24,000 nt of DNA from Saccharolobus sp. E5-1-F (GTDB lineage Archaea; Thermoproteota; Thermoprotei_A; Sulfolobales; Sulfolobaceae): contig NZ_CP045687.1 in assembly GCF_009601705.1 (NCBI RefSeq), positions 384,630 through 408,629 of the forward strand, read 5' to 3'. The translations under genes and the position numbers were made by a program. A model generated the notes under the pieces. That model did no database searches. It worked only from the letters and a program-made list of their open reading frames with translations, and was not told the DNA's origin. The first letter of the stretch is position 1. Every line of letters begins with the position of its first letter. Of this stretch, positions 8,972 through 17,548 are shown in pieces.

Positions 8972-9966
8972 CCCTCCATTGCCATTTTGATAATTTCATT
9001 AATAATTGCCACTGCTATACCGCTCCCACCGTAAGTTCCCGTTAACACTACAGATGGAATTTTACTCTCAACTAATGCTTTCTTGGACTCCTCAGCGTTG
9101 GTGAAGCCTGGTGGCGTTGCTACGATAAATGGTATATCAACTCCTTGTTTAATTAATTTAATCGTCTCGATAAGTGCAGTGGGAGCGTTTCCTATGACAA
9201 CTACCTTACCACCTTGTCCGACTGATAATCTCATAGCAGCTGCAGCTCTAGTTATTCCTAACGTCTTCGATAGTTCCTTTGTCCTTTCGTCATCTATCAT
9301 ACAAGTAACCTTTTTCCATCTAATACCTACAGCTACCATTTTCACATCAGTTACAATTTCACTTCCAGCCCTTATTGCCTCAATTCCCATATCTAAGTTA
9401 GTTACCTTTAAATATCTCGCTATTTCTGGGTTTCCAGATGCGAAAATGGCTTTGCCTATTACTCTTTTTTCCCTCTCATCTTTAACGTCCAAATTTGATA
9501 GAATATAGTTCATACTTCTCTCTTCGATTTCGTAAGGATCCTCTATATATTCGAGAGTTGGTAAAACGTCTAGTGCTCTTGCCAATCTATAATACAGTGC
9601 CAATCCAATTAAGGGTGATGATGAAAGTGGCTCAGTAACGTACAATTCTACTTCCTTTCCACTTACCTTACCTAATTCCCAACTGTTTAATTTTTGAATT
9701 CCTAACTCGCCCATTATATCTCTAAAGACGTGATTTCCTCTTCCTAAAAACACTAACCCTATTATTACCCTCCTATACCCTTCTTTAATGATCTCATTTA
9801 ATAATGATCTCCAATCAGGTTTGGCGAATTCATTGTAAGTTAAATATATGGGTATTGAAATCTTATCTTTTAAGTAATTTATCATACCTTCAATATCATT
9901 ATTATACGTCTCTCTTCTTGAACCATGGCCTATTAGCATTATTGCAGTATTGGATTGTCTATCCAC
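8968..9966 (-). CDS. cbiX/cbiC: fusion protein: small sirohydrochlorin cobaltochelatase CbiX (about aa 1-133) plus cobalt-precorrin-8 methylmutase CbiC (about aa 145-332)
   Basis: The N-terminal part has LIGHGSR and FLGRGNHVFRDI, ending TEPLSSSPLIGLALYYRLARAL (CbiX-S pattern). The C-terminal part has VVVIGNAPTAL, IVATPPGFTNAEESKKAL and GTYGGSGIAVAIINEI (CbiC/CobH pattern). The start is a GTG at 9966; an alternative ATG is at 9939. Confidence 0.8.
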   Translation of the reverse strand: MDRQSNTAIMLIGHGSRRETYNNDIEGMINYLKDKISIPIYLTYNEFAKPDWRSLLNEIIKEGYRRVIIGLVFLGRGNHVFRDIMGELGIQKLNSWELGKVSGKEVELYVTEPLSSSPLIGLALYYRLARALDVLPTLEYIEDPYEIEERSMNYILSNLDVKDEREKRVIGKAIFASGNPEIARYLKVTNLDMGIEAIRAGSEIVTDVKMVAVGIRWKKVTCMIDDERTKELSKTLGITRAAAAMRLSVGQGGKVVVIGNAPTALIETIKLIKQGVDIPFIVATPPGFTNAEESKKALVESKIPSVVLTGTYGGSGIAVAIINEIIKMAMEG

Positions 9967-10260
9967 ATATTCATTTCTTTCATCTAGTATTTAAGGATTG
10001 TTAATATATGCGTTTATAACTCGTTTATGATCTACCAGATAATATTGCACATCTTAAGTTAAGGCTGTTATAATACCAGTTAACATTAGAACTCAATCCT
10101 TATCGTGCTAATAAGTGACATATACTATAATAATAAAAGAGAAAATTGAATAGTAATAACCTAGTTCAATTCTGATAAACTATAATTAGTAGTTGCTACT
10201 CTTGTCGATATAGCCAATAGAAGTTCCAGTTATTTATATTATTAATCCTATATATTACAC

Positions 10261-10282
10261 TAAGGTGATAATAAGGTGATAA
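10261..10282. repeat. perfect tandem duplication of an 11-nt unit TAAGGTGATAA
   Basis: Read directly: 10261-10271 and 10272-10282 are identical. Each unit contains the GGTGAT SD-like core. A consensus palindromic TATA element TTTATAAA lies at 10293-10300. Confidence 0.9.
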
Positions 10283-10552
10283 CGAACGGAGATTTATAAA
10301 GTACAAATGTGTATAACGTAGATAATACTAAATACTTTATTAATTTATACCGTATATATCATGGTTTTTTGTCCGTATTCATAATATGAGGGATTTGATC
10401 TACGTACATATCTAGATATCTTTAATAAAAATCAGTTTCAATACAATGGAGCTTGTTAATGTATTTAAGAACATTTTTGACACCAATTAAGCCAGACTTC
10501 TAGTGGGTCTCTGATCTCAATCATAGAACGTAAAGCTTCTGATATTATTAAG

Positions 10553-10717
10553 TTAATTATTGCACCGTTTCCATCCGAATCTTTCCTCGTACTCTTTTAC
10601 TTTAGTCATAGAAGTGGACTGGTTTTTGTCTAATGGTATCAATCCAATTATCTTATCTCCATCGTAAATGTACATGAAGTACCTATCATCTACTAGTACT
10701 AATCTATAGCAGAACAT
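10553..10717 (-). CDS. speculative 54-aa ORF directly downstream of, and in frame with, the radical SAM gene
   Basis: Hand translation gives MFCYRLVLVDDRYFMYIYDGDKIIGLIPLDKNQSTSMTKVKEYEERFGWKRCNN. It is below the ORF track length cut-off. It shares the frame of the radical SAM ORF, separated only by TAA (10738-10736) plus 6 sense codons. No SD is present and no promoter sits at a proper distance. Confidence 0.2.
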   Translation of the reverse strand: MFCYRLVLVDDRYFMYIYDGDKIIGLIPLDKNQSTSMTKVKEYEERFGWKRCNN

Positions 10718-10735
10718 TTTTAATATATATATTGC

Positions 10736-11770
10736 TTATCTTGATAATAAAAATCTAACAGGAATAGTGTTATAAAGATAACTTGCCATGTTGTCTATTA
10801 TTTTCTCTTTTACCATTTTTCCATTTGACCAGCTAAACAGAGAAGGTTCTAAGTAACAAGCAAGAGCACATGCGTTACAATTTTCATATTTCTCCCAAGG
10901 ATAAGTATTCCATAATTTTACTATATTAACCTCCCAGACTTTCTCAGTTCCACTATACTCATTTAACACGTAGCAAGGGAGGACTATTCTACCTTGTGGG
11001 TCAATATTGATGGTTAACCAGGGTTTACATTTCCATGGTATTTCATAATACCAAGATTTAATTATTGCCTCAAAGTAATCTATAGATTCCACTATGGGAT
11101 AACCCCTCTTTTTTAGCTCAATTATTAGCCTTAGTATATCGTAAAGTTTCCTCTTATCTGGACTTAATTTCTCAGCTGTAGAGTAATCGTATTCAACTTG
11201 TATACTAATATTAACATTAAGTTTACGTGCAAGTTCAATTACATCCTTAACTTGATCCATATTTTCATTGGTTATTGTAAAGCTAATTGCCACTGGTATA
11301 TATTTCCTAGCTTCCTTTATACCTTCAACAGCCCTTTCAAATGCACCCGAGATTCCCCTAATTTTATCATGCACATAGCCTATTCCATCTATGGAGACAA
11401 ATAAGTAATCTAGGTATTCACCTATACTTTTAGCCCTATCTTTAAGTAACCATCCGTTTGTAACCAATGAAGTATAGAATCTCGTGTAAGACTCTTCCAG
11501 AATTTGCTCTAAATCTCTTCTCAGCAGTGGTTCTCCACCCTCGAATCCCATGAAAAGGACTCCTGCTCTTTCTAGTGATTTTAACATCAAAACCTCTTCT
11601 TCCAAAGATAGTAATTTTTCATCTTTCCTTCTCCAAAAAGGACACATTTTGCATCTTAAGTTACACGTATATAGCAACTTGTGTCCCGCAATCAGAGGTA
11701 ATTTTCTAACTCCAAGTCCTAGAAGTGTCCTTTTTACATTCCCTAGTATCATAGGTTTTAAAGTTGACAT
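10736..11770 (-). CDS. radical SAM enzyme with SPASM/twitch-like C-terminal Cys cluster, substrate unknown
   Basis: 344 aa with a CNLRCKMCPFW CxxxCxxC motif at aa 36-43 and the GGEPLL motif. The C-terminal CKPWLTINIDPQGRIVLPC (i.pdG.v.pC pattern) and CNACALAC suggest an auxiliary Fe-S cluster. Confidence 0.85.
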   Translation of the reverse strand: MSTLKPMILGNVKRTLLGLGVRKLPLIAGHKLLYTCNLRCKMCPFWRRKDEKLLSLEEEVLMLKSLERAGVLFMGFEGGEPLLRRDLEQILEESYTRFYTSLVTNGWLLKDRAKSIGEYLDYLFVSIDGIGYVHDKIRGISGAFERAVEGIKEARKYIPVAISFTITNENMDQVKDVIELARKLNVNISIQVEYDYSTAEKLSPDKRKLYDILRLIIELKKRGYPIVESIDYFEAIIKSWYYEIPWKCKPWLTINIDPQGRIVLPCYVLNEYSGTEKVWEVNIVKLWNTYPWEKYENCNACALACYLEPSLFSWSNGKMVKEKIIDNMASYLYNTIPVRFLLSR

Positions 11771-11814
11771 ATTTAATTAATATACAAACACATGTATTAA
11801 TCTTTTGCGAAAAG

Positions 11815-11822
11815 TTAAATAT
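11815..11822 (+). promoter_or_regulatory. TATA box candidate for the MBL hydrolase gene (leaderless)
   Basis: TTAAATAT is preceded by a purine-rich BRE-like GCGAAAAG. Its centre is about 27 nt upstream of the ATG at 11845. Confidence 0.4.
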
Positions 11823-11844
11823 CACAAATTTCGTTAGTCAAGTT

Positions 11845-12663
11845 ATGCCAACTGTGAAACTCACAAAGAACGTTATAGTTGTAACTGGTAGTCCAAATAC
11901 GTTGATTTATGATAATAGAGTTGTGATAGATCTAGGAGGAAAGAACTCCTCCCTAGATATAAACGCAGAAGTTCAATTAGCGACACATGGTCACGCTGAT
12001 CACATAGCTGGTTTATTGAAAAGGGATGCTAAAATAAGATATCTTCCTAAGGAGGACTATTGGTCATTAACTCTAATGGGAAGAAGAGCTATGATTTATG
12101 AATGTAGTTCAAAGGATTCCGAAATCTTTGTATTTGACTACGTTAAAGAAAACCTAGACTCCTTAAATGAGGAAGTTCGAAATTCGGAAATTGAAGTAGT
12201 AAAATTGCCAGGGCATACACCAGGCCATAGTGGATACATGGTTGATAATATTCTATACGCAGGAGATGCATTTTTTGGCGAGAAAGTGCTAGAGGGTTTC
12301 TCAGTTCCATTTTATACTGATTTCTGGGCTGCATTAGAGTCACTGGATAAAGTTAAAGATTTAGTAAAGACTGTTGATAACATAGTAATAAGTCATGGTC
12401 CAGTGTACACTAATAAAAATAAAATGGTCTCAATTTTAGAGAGTAATATCACTTATGCTCAAAAGTTGATTGGAAAAATCTTAGATCTACTATCAAATAG
12501 TGAGCTTACAGTTGAGGAGATTGTGGTCAAGTTAAAGCCAGATCTAACACCGGCTAATGTATTGCTAAATTCAGTTGTTGTGAGATCAATACTCCTTGGG
12601 TTAGAGAATATTGAATATAACGTATCCCAAAGAGGGTTGGTTTTTAGAAGAAAGGTTCATTAA
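11845..12663 (+). CDS. MBL-fold metallo-hydrolase with a C-terminal winged-helix-like extension
   Basis: The HGHADH (HxHxDH) motif, a downstream GHTPGH and a further H in ISHGP fit the metallo-beta-lactamase fold. I chose the ATG at 11845 (MPTVKLTKN) over the track's TTG at 11764 because of the TATA position. Confidence 0.8.
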   Translation: MPTVKLTKNVIVVTGSPNTLIYDNRVVIDLGGKNSSLDINAEVQLATHGHADHIAGLLKRDAKIRYLPKEDYWSLTLMGRRAMIYECSSKDSEIFVFDYVKENLDSLNEEVRNSEIEVVKLPGHTPGHSGYMVDNILYAGDAFFGEKVLEGFSVPFYTDFWAALESLDKVKDLVKTVDNIVISHGPVYTNKNKMVSILESNITYAQKLIGKILDLLSNSELTVEEIVVKLKPDLTPANVLLNSVVVRSILLGLENIEYNVSQRGLVFRRKVH

Positions 12664-12957
12664 AGAATGCAAAGGATAGATGTAAGTGCGATGTTTATAA
12701 TTCTGTATAGTTTCTGTTATAACCAAAGTGGTTTATACGTCACGTTATCGTGAAAATATGCCTGAACAAATTGATTTTAAAGTGTCTCTTTATCAGGTGT
12801 CCATCTGAAATTAAATAACTCTCATTGCAAAATATATAACTCTCTAATTACAACATAACTATTATGTCATATGCTTATTATAAAATATAACTTGCGTAAT
12901 ATTCGGTACTATTAAAGTAATTTTAGGTAAATATATGATATGGTTAATACCGATTCG

Positions 12958-14379
12958 TCACGTTGTTTGTAGTAAACCTGACGGTGAAGTTAATTCCTTA
13001 AATATGTTTCCAGTTAGTATGAGAACTACATAATAACTTATTGAGCTTAATATTATTAGTATTCCTATAAAATATAGACTGACATGAAGTGATTTGCCAT
13101 ATGCCAATGTTATAGCTATTCCATTAGCGAAACTCAATATTAATAATATAATTAGAAATATTCGTGATATAACGTCTATATTAACTTCTGAGAAACTAAA
13201 TACCGTAGATACGTTCTGGGTTGAAAATATATTATTTAGCATATTTACTATTGATATTAATGCAGCAGATACCCCTGCTGAAGCTGTTTGTAATGCATAT
13301 ATTGATGTTTCAAAAGCTCTTCCATTTTGCTCTTTTCTAGATCTTATATTCAAAATTGAATCACCTATCTTACTTAAAATCTCTCCAATTATCATAACAT
13401 TCCCTCCCATACTTATCGTTTCAAATAATACTTTGCTTAACATGCTCACTAATATGCTTCCACTTTCGTCTCCTATCAATGTAAATATTTTTTCTTTATT
13501 AATTCCGAAGTTTAATCTATTTAGCGCTCTTCTGACTAAAGGCTTCACGTCTCCTAAATCCCCCCTTAATACAGCCATCAGAGACTCTTTTAAATTACTT
13601 ACTATTGCATAATTTCTCGAAAAGTACCTTATAAAGAGTAAGAAATATCTTTCTATTCTATAGATTTTATTTTCATATAATCTATATCTAAGACCAATTC
13701 CTAATAGAGCTATACCACTTCCAATTAAAACTATATATGAAGTATATATTACTGAAAATATTATTGAAAGAGATATTGCGAATGTCAGAAGGAGTTTATC
13801 TATAATGTTGTACCTAATGTAATTTTCTGGTCTATATAATAGATACATAACTAATGTTAAATTTCCTAGAAGTGCTAAGGATAAGATAGTAAGCTGAGTT
13901 ATTAGGGTTGTTCCTCCACTATAAATTAAGGATAAAATTGTGATGTCAGCTACTAAAAAGGTAAGGGAGCTATTTAATGTAGCATAAATTGTAAGAAAAT
14001 TATTCATTGATTCTATTAACCTAGCAGAATAGGCATTGTATTCAGATAATGTAAAATCGATTTCTCTTGACAAGTACTCTATCATGTCATCACCAAAAGT
14101 TACTGCTTGTGATAATCGTATTAAGAATTCTTTCAAGTATCTAATGTTGAGGTTCTTAATGCTGTAGGTTATTGCAGATGAGAATTTATATCTATACTCA
14201 GAAACTAAATTTCTTATTTTTTTGAACACTTTGGTATATGGTTTAAACGAGTCTTCCTTACTTAAATGCAATATAACGATTTCTGGTGGAACTCCTGAGG
14301 AAAATAACGCAAGCATAAAAGCTAGCATAAAAATATATTTAGAGTCTACTTCATTTCTTACATTAAATATTCTTAGCAT
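12958..14379 (-). CDS. arlJ: archaellum polytopic membrane platform protein ArlJ (FlaJ)
   Basis: 473 aa polytopic membrane protein with two cytoplasmic helical domains (TadC/PilC-like). It is the last gene of the operon and overlaps arlI by 17 nt. Confidence 0.9.
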   Translation of the reverse strand: MLRIFNVRNEVDSKYIFMLAFMLALFSSGVPPEIVILHLSKEDSFKPYTKVFKKIRNLVSEYRYKFSSAITYSIKNLNIRYLKEFLIRLSQAVTFGDDMIEYLSREIDFTLSEYNAYSARLIESMNNFLTIYATLNSSLTFLVADITILSLIYSGGTTLITQLTILSLALLGNLTLVMYLLYRPENYIRYNIIDKLLLTFAISLSIIFSVIYTSYIVLIGSGIALLGIGLRYRLYENKIYRIERYFLLFIRYFSRNYAIVSNLKESLMAVLRGDLGDVKPLVRRALNRLNFGINKEKIFTLIGDESGSILVSMLSKVLFETISMGGNVMIIGEILSKIGDSILNIRSRKEQNGRAFETSIYALQTASAGVSAALISIVNMLNNIFSTQNVSTVFSFSEVNIDVISRIFLIILLILSFANGIAITLAYGKSLHVSLYFIGILIILSSISYYVVLILTGNIFKELTSPSGLLQTT

Positions 14380-15904
14380 ATTTTATCATCTCTTCTATGC
14401 CAACTTGTCTAGCTCTTAATATTTGATTCCAAACTTCAAAATAATTAAAAATTTTTTTACTTATAAGTATTTTTAGAAATTCCGCCCTTAAATTTAATTC
14501 ATCATAAAGAATTCCTATATTTCTACGTTCTATTCCTCTTCTAACTGCAACCTTATTTTCTATAAGGTATGAAGCTCCTCTTCCGGCGAAAATTATCTTA
14601 TCTTCTGTAGGATCATAAGTAAATGCTGGTATATAGACTACGTCATTAGTAACGGGGTCTATATCTATTATCTCATCAACCTCCACTACTCTTCTTATCA
14701 TATTACCCTTTTTGTCATACAATGCAGTCTGAAATAGTGCTATATTAAGGTTATTAATATAACTTTTAGGTACTTCTATAGGATAACCAGTAAGCCTCTG
14801 TACAAGTGTTCTTATATTCGCCGCATGAAACGTTGCCATTACTGAATGTCCAGTCTGCATTGCTTGGAATGCGACATTACCTTCCCTATCTCTAATCTCT
14901 CCGACCAGAATGTAGTTAGGTCTTTGCCTTAAAGCGGCTTTAAGTAAGTCGAATAGTTTTACGCTTCCCTCACCACCTGTTTCTCTAGTTACTTCTGCTA
15001 CCCAATTTGAATGAGGTACCGTAAGTTCAGGAGTATCTTCTATTGTTACTATTTTTAAATTGGGAGGGATAAAAGTGGTAATTGCGTTAAGTGTAGTTGT
15101 TTTTCCGGATGCAGTCTCTCCGCAAACGAACAAGTTCATTCCTTCGTCTAACATCATCCATATATATGCTGCTAGAAGTGGAGATAAGGTACCGAATGAG
15201 ATCAACTGAGTTATACTAATCGGTATTTTACTGAATTTTCTTATAGTCAAATTAGAACCTCTTCTACTTATATCAATTCCATAAACGAAATTCACTCTTG
15301 ATCCATCTGGCAAGCTTGCATCAATTATTGGTCTGTTATGAGACACTGGTCTATATGTTTTCTCACTTAAAGTAATAATTAGAGTATCCAGTTCCTCTTC
15401 ATTCTCGATCAATAATGATGTCCTCATAGGACCGAATACCTTATGCACAATGTAAATATGACCTAAGCCGGGAATCGACATATCCTCGATATATGGATCT
15501 CTAATTAACGGTTCTAATATCCCTGAATATAACTTATCTCTTATAAAGTGATATATTGCGTATTCTTTTGGCACAGATATTTTTACCTTGTTTAGTATTT
15601 TATCTAAAACTTTTCTCATAAATATTTCCTTTTCTTCAATAGTAGGTGGCGGTTCAGAGTCACCAACGGTTTTTGCAAATTTCTCTTCTATTTCTTCCAT
15701 TTCTTTAGGTTTCGGTCTCGGCGGTTCAATTACTGTATATTGGTTATAGCCGTCTTCTGCCTTTGTACTTTGAACATGGATGTAAATATATTTATCTACC
15801 TTGTAAATTATATTGTAATTCTTACTACCTTTCAGTCTATTTGGGTCGTCAATCATTACTGGTTTTTCCTGAAACTTAGATAAGTAATCTTCAATGAAAC
15901 TCAT
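14363..15904 (-). CDS. arlI: archaellum motor/assembly ATPase ArlI (FlaI)
   Basis: 513 aa with Walker [10 protein letters not shown], Walker B/Asp box [10 protein letters not shown] and HSVMATFHA (His box), placing it in the type IV secretion/PilB-like ATPase family. Confidence 0.95.
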   Translation of the reverse strand: MSFIEDYLSKFQEKPVMIDDPNRLKGSKNYNIIYKVDKYIYIHVQSTKAEDGYNQYTVIEPPRPKPKEMEEIEEKFAKTVGDSEPPPTIEEKEIFMRKVLDKILNKVKISVPKEYAIYHFIRDKLYSGILEPLIRDPYIEDMSIPGLGHIYIVHKVFGPMRTSLLIENEEELDTLIITLSEKTYRPVSHNRPIIDASLPDGSRVNFVYGIDISRRGSNLTIRKFSKIPISITQLISFGTLSPLLAAYIWMMLDEGMNLFVCGETASGKTTTLNAITTFIPPNLKIVTIEDTPELTVPHSNWVAEVTRETGGEGSVKLFDLLKAALRQRPNYILVGEIRDREGNVAFQAMQTGHSVMATFHAANIRTLVQRLTGYPIEVPKSYINNLNIALFQTALYDKKGNMIRRVVEVDEIIDIDPVTNDVVYIPAFTYDPTEDKIIFAGRGASYLIENKVAVRRGIERRNIGILYDELNLRAEFLKILISKKIFNYFEVWNQILRARQVGIEEMIKYAKNI

Positions 15905-15906
15905 AG

Positions 15907-16611
15907 TTAAGCCCTCGATAGTGACAGTGGTACGACTTTAATTCCGAGAGCTGGGTCTATATCGAATGAAATAGCGTCACCTCCTTGTATTCCACCGATT
16001 GTTTTAATTCTTTCTAGAACCTTTATTCTTCTTCCCCCTATGCTAGTTGCAGAAAGTTTGAAATAAACGTCAACTATGCTTGTGATTCTACTCTTTAGTT
16101 CCTCACTAAACACATCTGGGTGGATAGTAAATAATATAAGCTTTCCTAGATCAACTAATACTCTAGCATCTTTCATAAATTGTAAAATTTGCTTTATTTC
16201 TGCGAATGTGGCTACTATTGACAAACTATCAATAATAACGAAGTCCATGTTCTTCCTCTTTTTTATGAAGTCTATGATGACTTCAAGTATCCTATTTGCT
16301 AATTTTGAATTCCAATTAAATCTATTCGTATTTAACGGAGCAATTCCCAGGATACCTTTTAAGAAAAACGGTATTAGATTAATCTTTACATCTTTCATCT
16401 TTTTCAAATAGTCTTTACTAGTTTGTTCTGTAGTTATTACATAACCCTTCTTTCCGCCTATTAGTAGTCCATAACAAAATTGTGCAGATAGAACACTTTT
16501 ACCGGTTCCATGATCTCCCTCAATCATGATTAGTGCTGGAAACGGTAATCCTGATAATCTTCTATCTAAATCCTCATTTCCAGTTTTTATTATCACAGTA
16601 TACCCCTCCAT
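15907..16611 (-). CDS. arlH: archaellum RecA/KaiC-like ATP-binding protein ArlH (FlaH)
   Basis: 234 aa with [12 protein letters not shown] and Walker A GDHGTGKS. It has the typical position between arlF and arlI. Confidence 0.9.
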   Translation of the reverse strand: MEGYTVIIKTGNEDLDRRLSGLPFPALIMIEGDHGTGKSVLSAQFCYGLLIGGKKGYVITTEQTSKDYLKKMKDVKINLIPFFLKGILGIAPLNTNRFNWNSKLANRILEVIIDFIKKRKNMDFVIIDSLSIVATFAEIKQILQFMKDARVLVDLGKLILFTIHPDVFSEELKSRITSIVDVYFKLSATSIGGRRIKVLERIKTIGGIQGGDAISFDIDPALGIKVVPLSLSRA

Positions 16612-17081
16612 ATTGCTTTTGGGCCATAATTGGTCACAACAACTATAGTGGCCTCAGTATTAGGATATGGTGAGTACGGTAAATCAGCTATAAAGGTACC
16701 TACCATGTTTGGGTTTATTAAAACAGTATTTGAGATCCATTTATATGGGCCTAAGATTGTAGAGTAGTTGTAATTAGAAATTATAAGAGTAGATATGTTA
16801 CTTATGTTTGCATAATATTTAATAATTATTGTAAAATCCTTAAAATCATATAATACGGTAGATCCATTATTAGTTATTGTTATATATAATAGATTACCAT
16901 TTACCACTACACTCTTTACAAATATTCTAGTATTAAGTTGATCTAGTTCCATACTTTGTCTCACATCCTCTGCACGTAATAAGAGTTGCTGACTTTTGAT
17001 ATACGCTCCTAAAGCAATCAATCCTAGTGAAATTGTAATGAAAAACAATAGCACGTATGCTACTACTTGTGAAACTCCCAT
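16593..17081 (-). CDS. arlF: archaellum stator-associated protein ArlF (FlaF)
   Basis: 162 aa with an N-terminal TM helix (VVAYVLLFFITISLGLIALGAY) followed by a beta-rich domain. The call rests on operon position after arlG, as in the Sulfolobus acidocaldarius order flaB-X-G-F-H-I-J. Confidence 0.75.
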   Translation of the reverse strand: MGVSQVVAYVLLFFITISLGLIALGAYIKSQQLLLRAEDVRQSMELDQLNTRIFVKSVVVNGNLLYITITNNGSTVLYDFKDFTIIIKYYANISNISTLIISNYNYSTILGPYKWISNTVLINPNMVGTFIADLPYSPYPNTEATIVVVTNYGPKAIWRGIL

Positions 17082-17083
17082 AC

Positions 17084-17548
17084 CTAACTCGCCTCGAATG
17101 TATAGCTTACCGAGTAGCCATTAGGGGTAACCAGTTGGATCGTATAATATTGTGTAGTAGACAAAGGTGAGGATAAATAGATGATAATTTTAGCTACAGA
17201 TCCTGGATATAATGTATTAGTATTAACAACCCAATAGGGTAATGTACTAGCGTTATATCCAATCTGTTGTAGATCTCCTTGTGGACCGAAGTACAATACA
17301 CTATTTTTCAAGTTAAAAATTGTTGATTCTCCTATATTATGTAAGTATACTATTACAGTTGTAGAACTGACATTTGTAGCATAATCTATTTGAAGATCAG
17401 TAACTAATCTTTGCGATTGTAACATACTATACGATACCATGTTAGTGGATATTGATGAAACTACAGAAAAAACCGATCCTGCAAGTACTCCTACTAATGT
17501 GACTGCTACGATTAACATTATTGTCTCGCTAATAACTTCACTAGCCAT
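17084..17548 (-). CDS. arlG: archaellum stator-associated protein ArlG (FlaG)
   Basis: 154 aa with an N-terminal TM helix (IMLIVAVTLVGVLAGSVFSVV) plus a beta-rich domain. It overlaps the arlX stop by 8 nt. Confidence 0.75.
   Translation of the reverse strand: MASEVISETIMLIVAVTLVGVLAGSVFSVVSSISTNMVSYSMLQSQRLVTDLQIDYATNVSSTTVIVYLHNIGESTIFNLKNSVLYFGPQGDLQQIGYNASTLPYWVVNTNTLYPGSVAKIIIYLSSPLSTTQYYTIQLVTPNGYSVSYTFEAS

Noticed and set aside
10261-10282. Possibility that the tandem repeat is a CRISPR remnant
   Set aside because: There are only two directly abutting 11-nt units with no spacers. I saw no similarity to the Sulfolobus CRISPR repeat (…ATTGAAAG end) anywhere in the window.
9967-10300. 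Cobalamin riboswitch upstream of the cbi operon
   Set aside because: I saw no B12-box-like GCCACTG element or GC-rich paired regions. The region is extremely AT-rich, and cobalamin riboswitches are a bacterial feature as far as I know.
10446-10490. 14-codon ORF MELVNVFKNIFDTN, whose first six residues equal the start of paralogue B (MELVNV, 22690)
   Set aside because: The match is only 18 nt with 15 identities and no similarity beyond. That is too short to distinguish from chance, so it was not reported as a gene remnant.
11764-11844. TTG-initiated 27-codon N-terminal extension of the MBL hydrolase ORF, overlapping the radical SAM start
   Set aside because: The extension would begin inside the divergent gene and upstream of the TATA candidate at 11815-11822. 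The ATG at 11845 sits at canonical leaderless distance.
12664-12957. Short ORFs (16 and 28 codons) and small AT-rich hairpins (TCACG-TTAT-CGTGA near 12740; ACATAA-CTA-TTATGT at 12852-12866) in the convergent spacer between the MBL hydrolase and arlJ
   Set aside because: The ORFs are too short and lack start context. The hairpins have 5-6 bp AT-rich stems of the kind expected by chance, and archaeal termination relies on T tracts rather than hairpins. They are noted only as possible 3' end structures.
13094-13612. 172-aa plus-strand ORF, with similar ones at 14222-14419, 16076-16411 and 17800-18036, inside the archaellum operon
   Set aside because: They are antisense to arlJ, arlI, arlH and arlX, which are well supported. 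They have no start context, no promoter and no recognisable domains.
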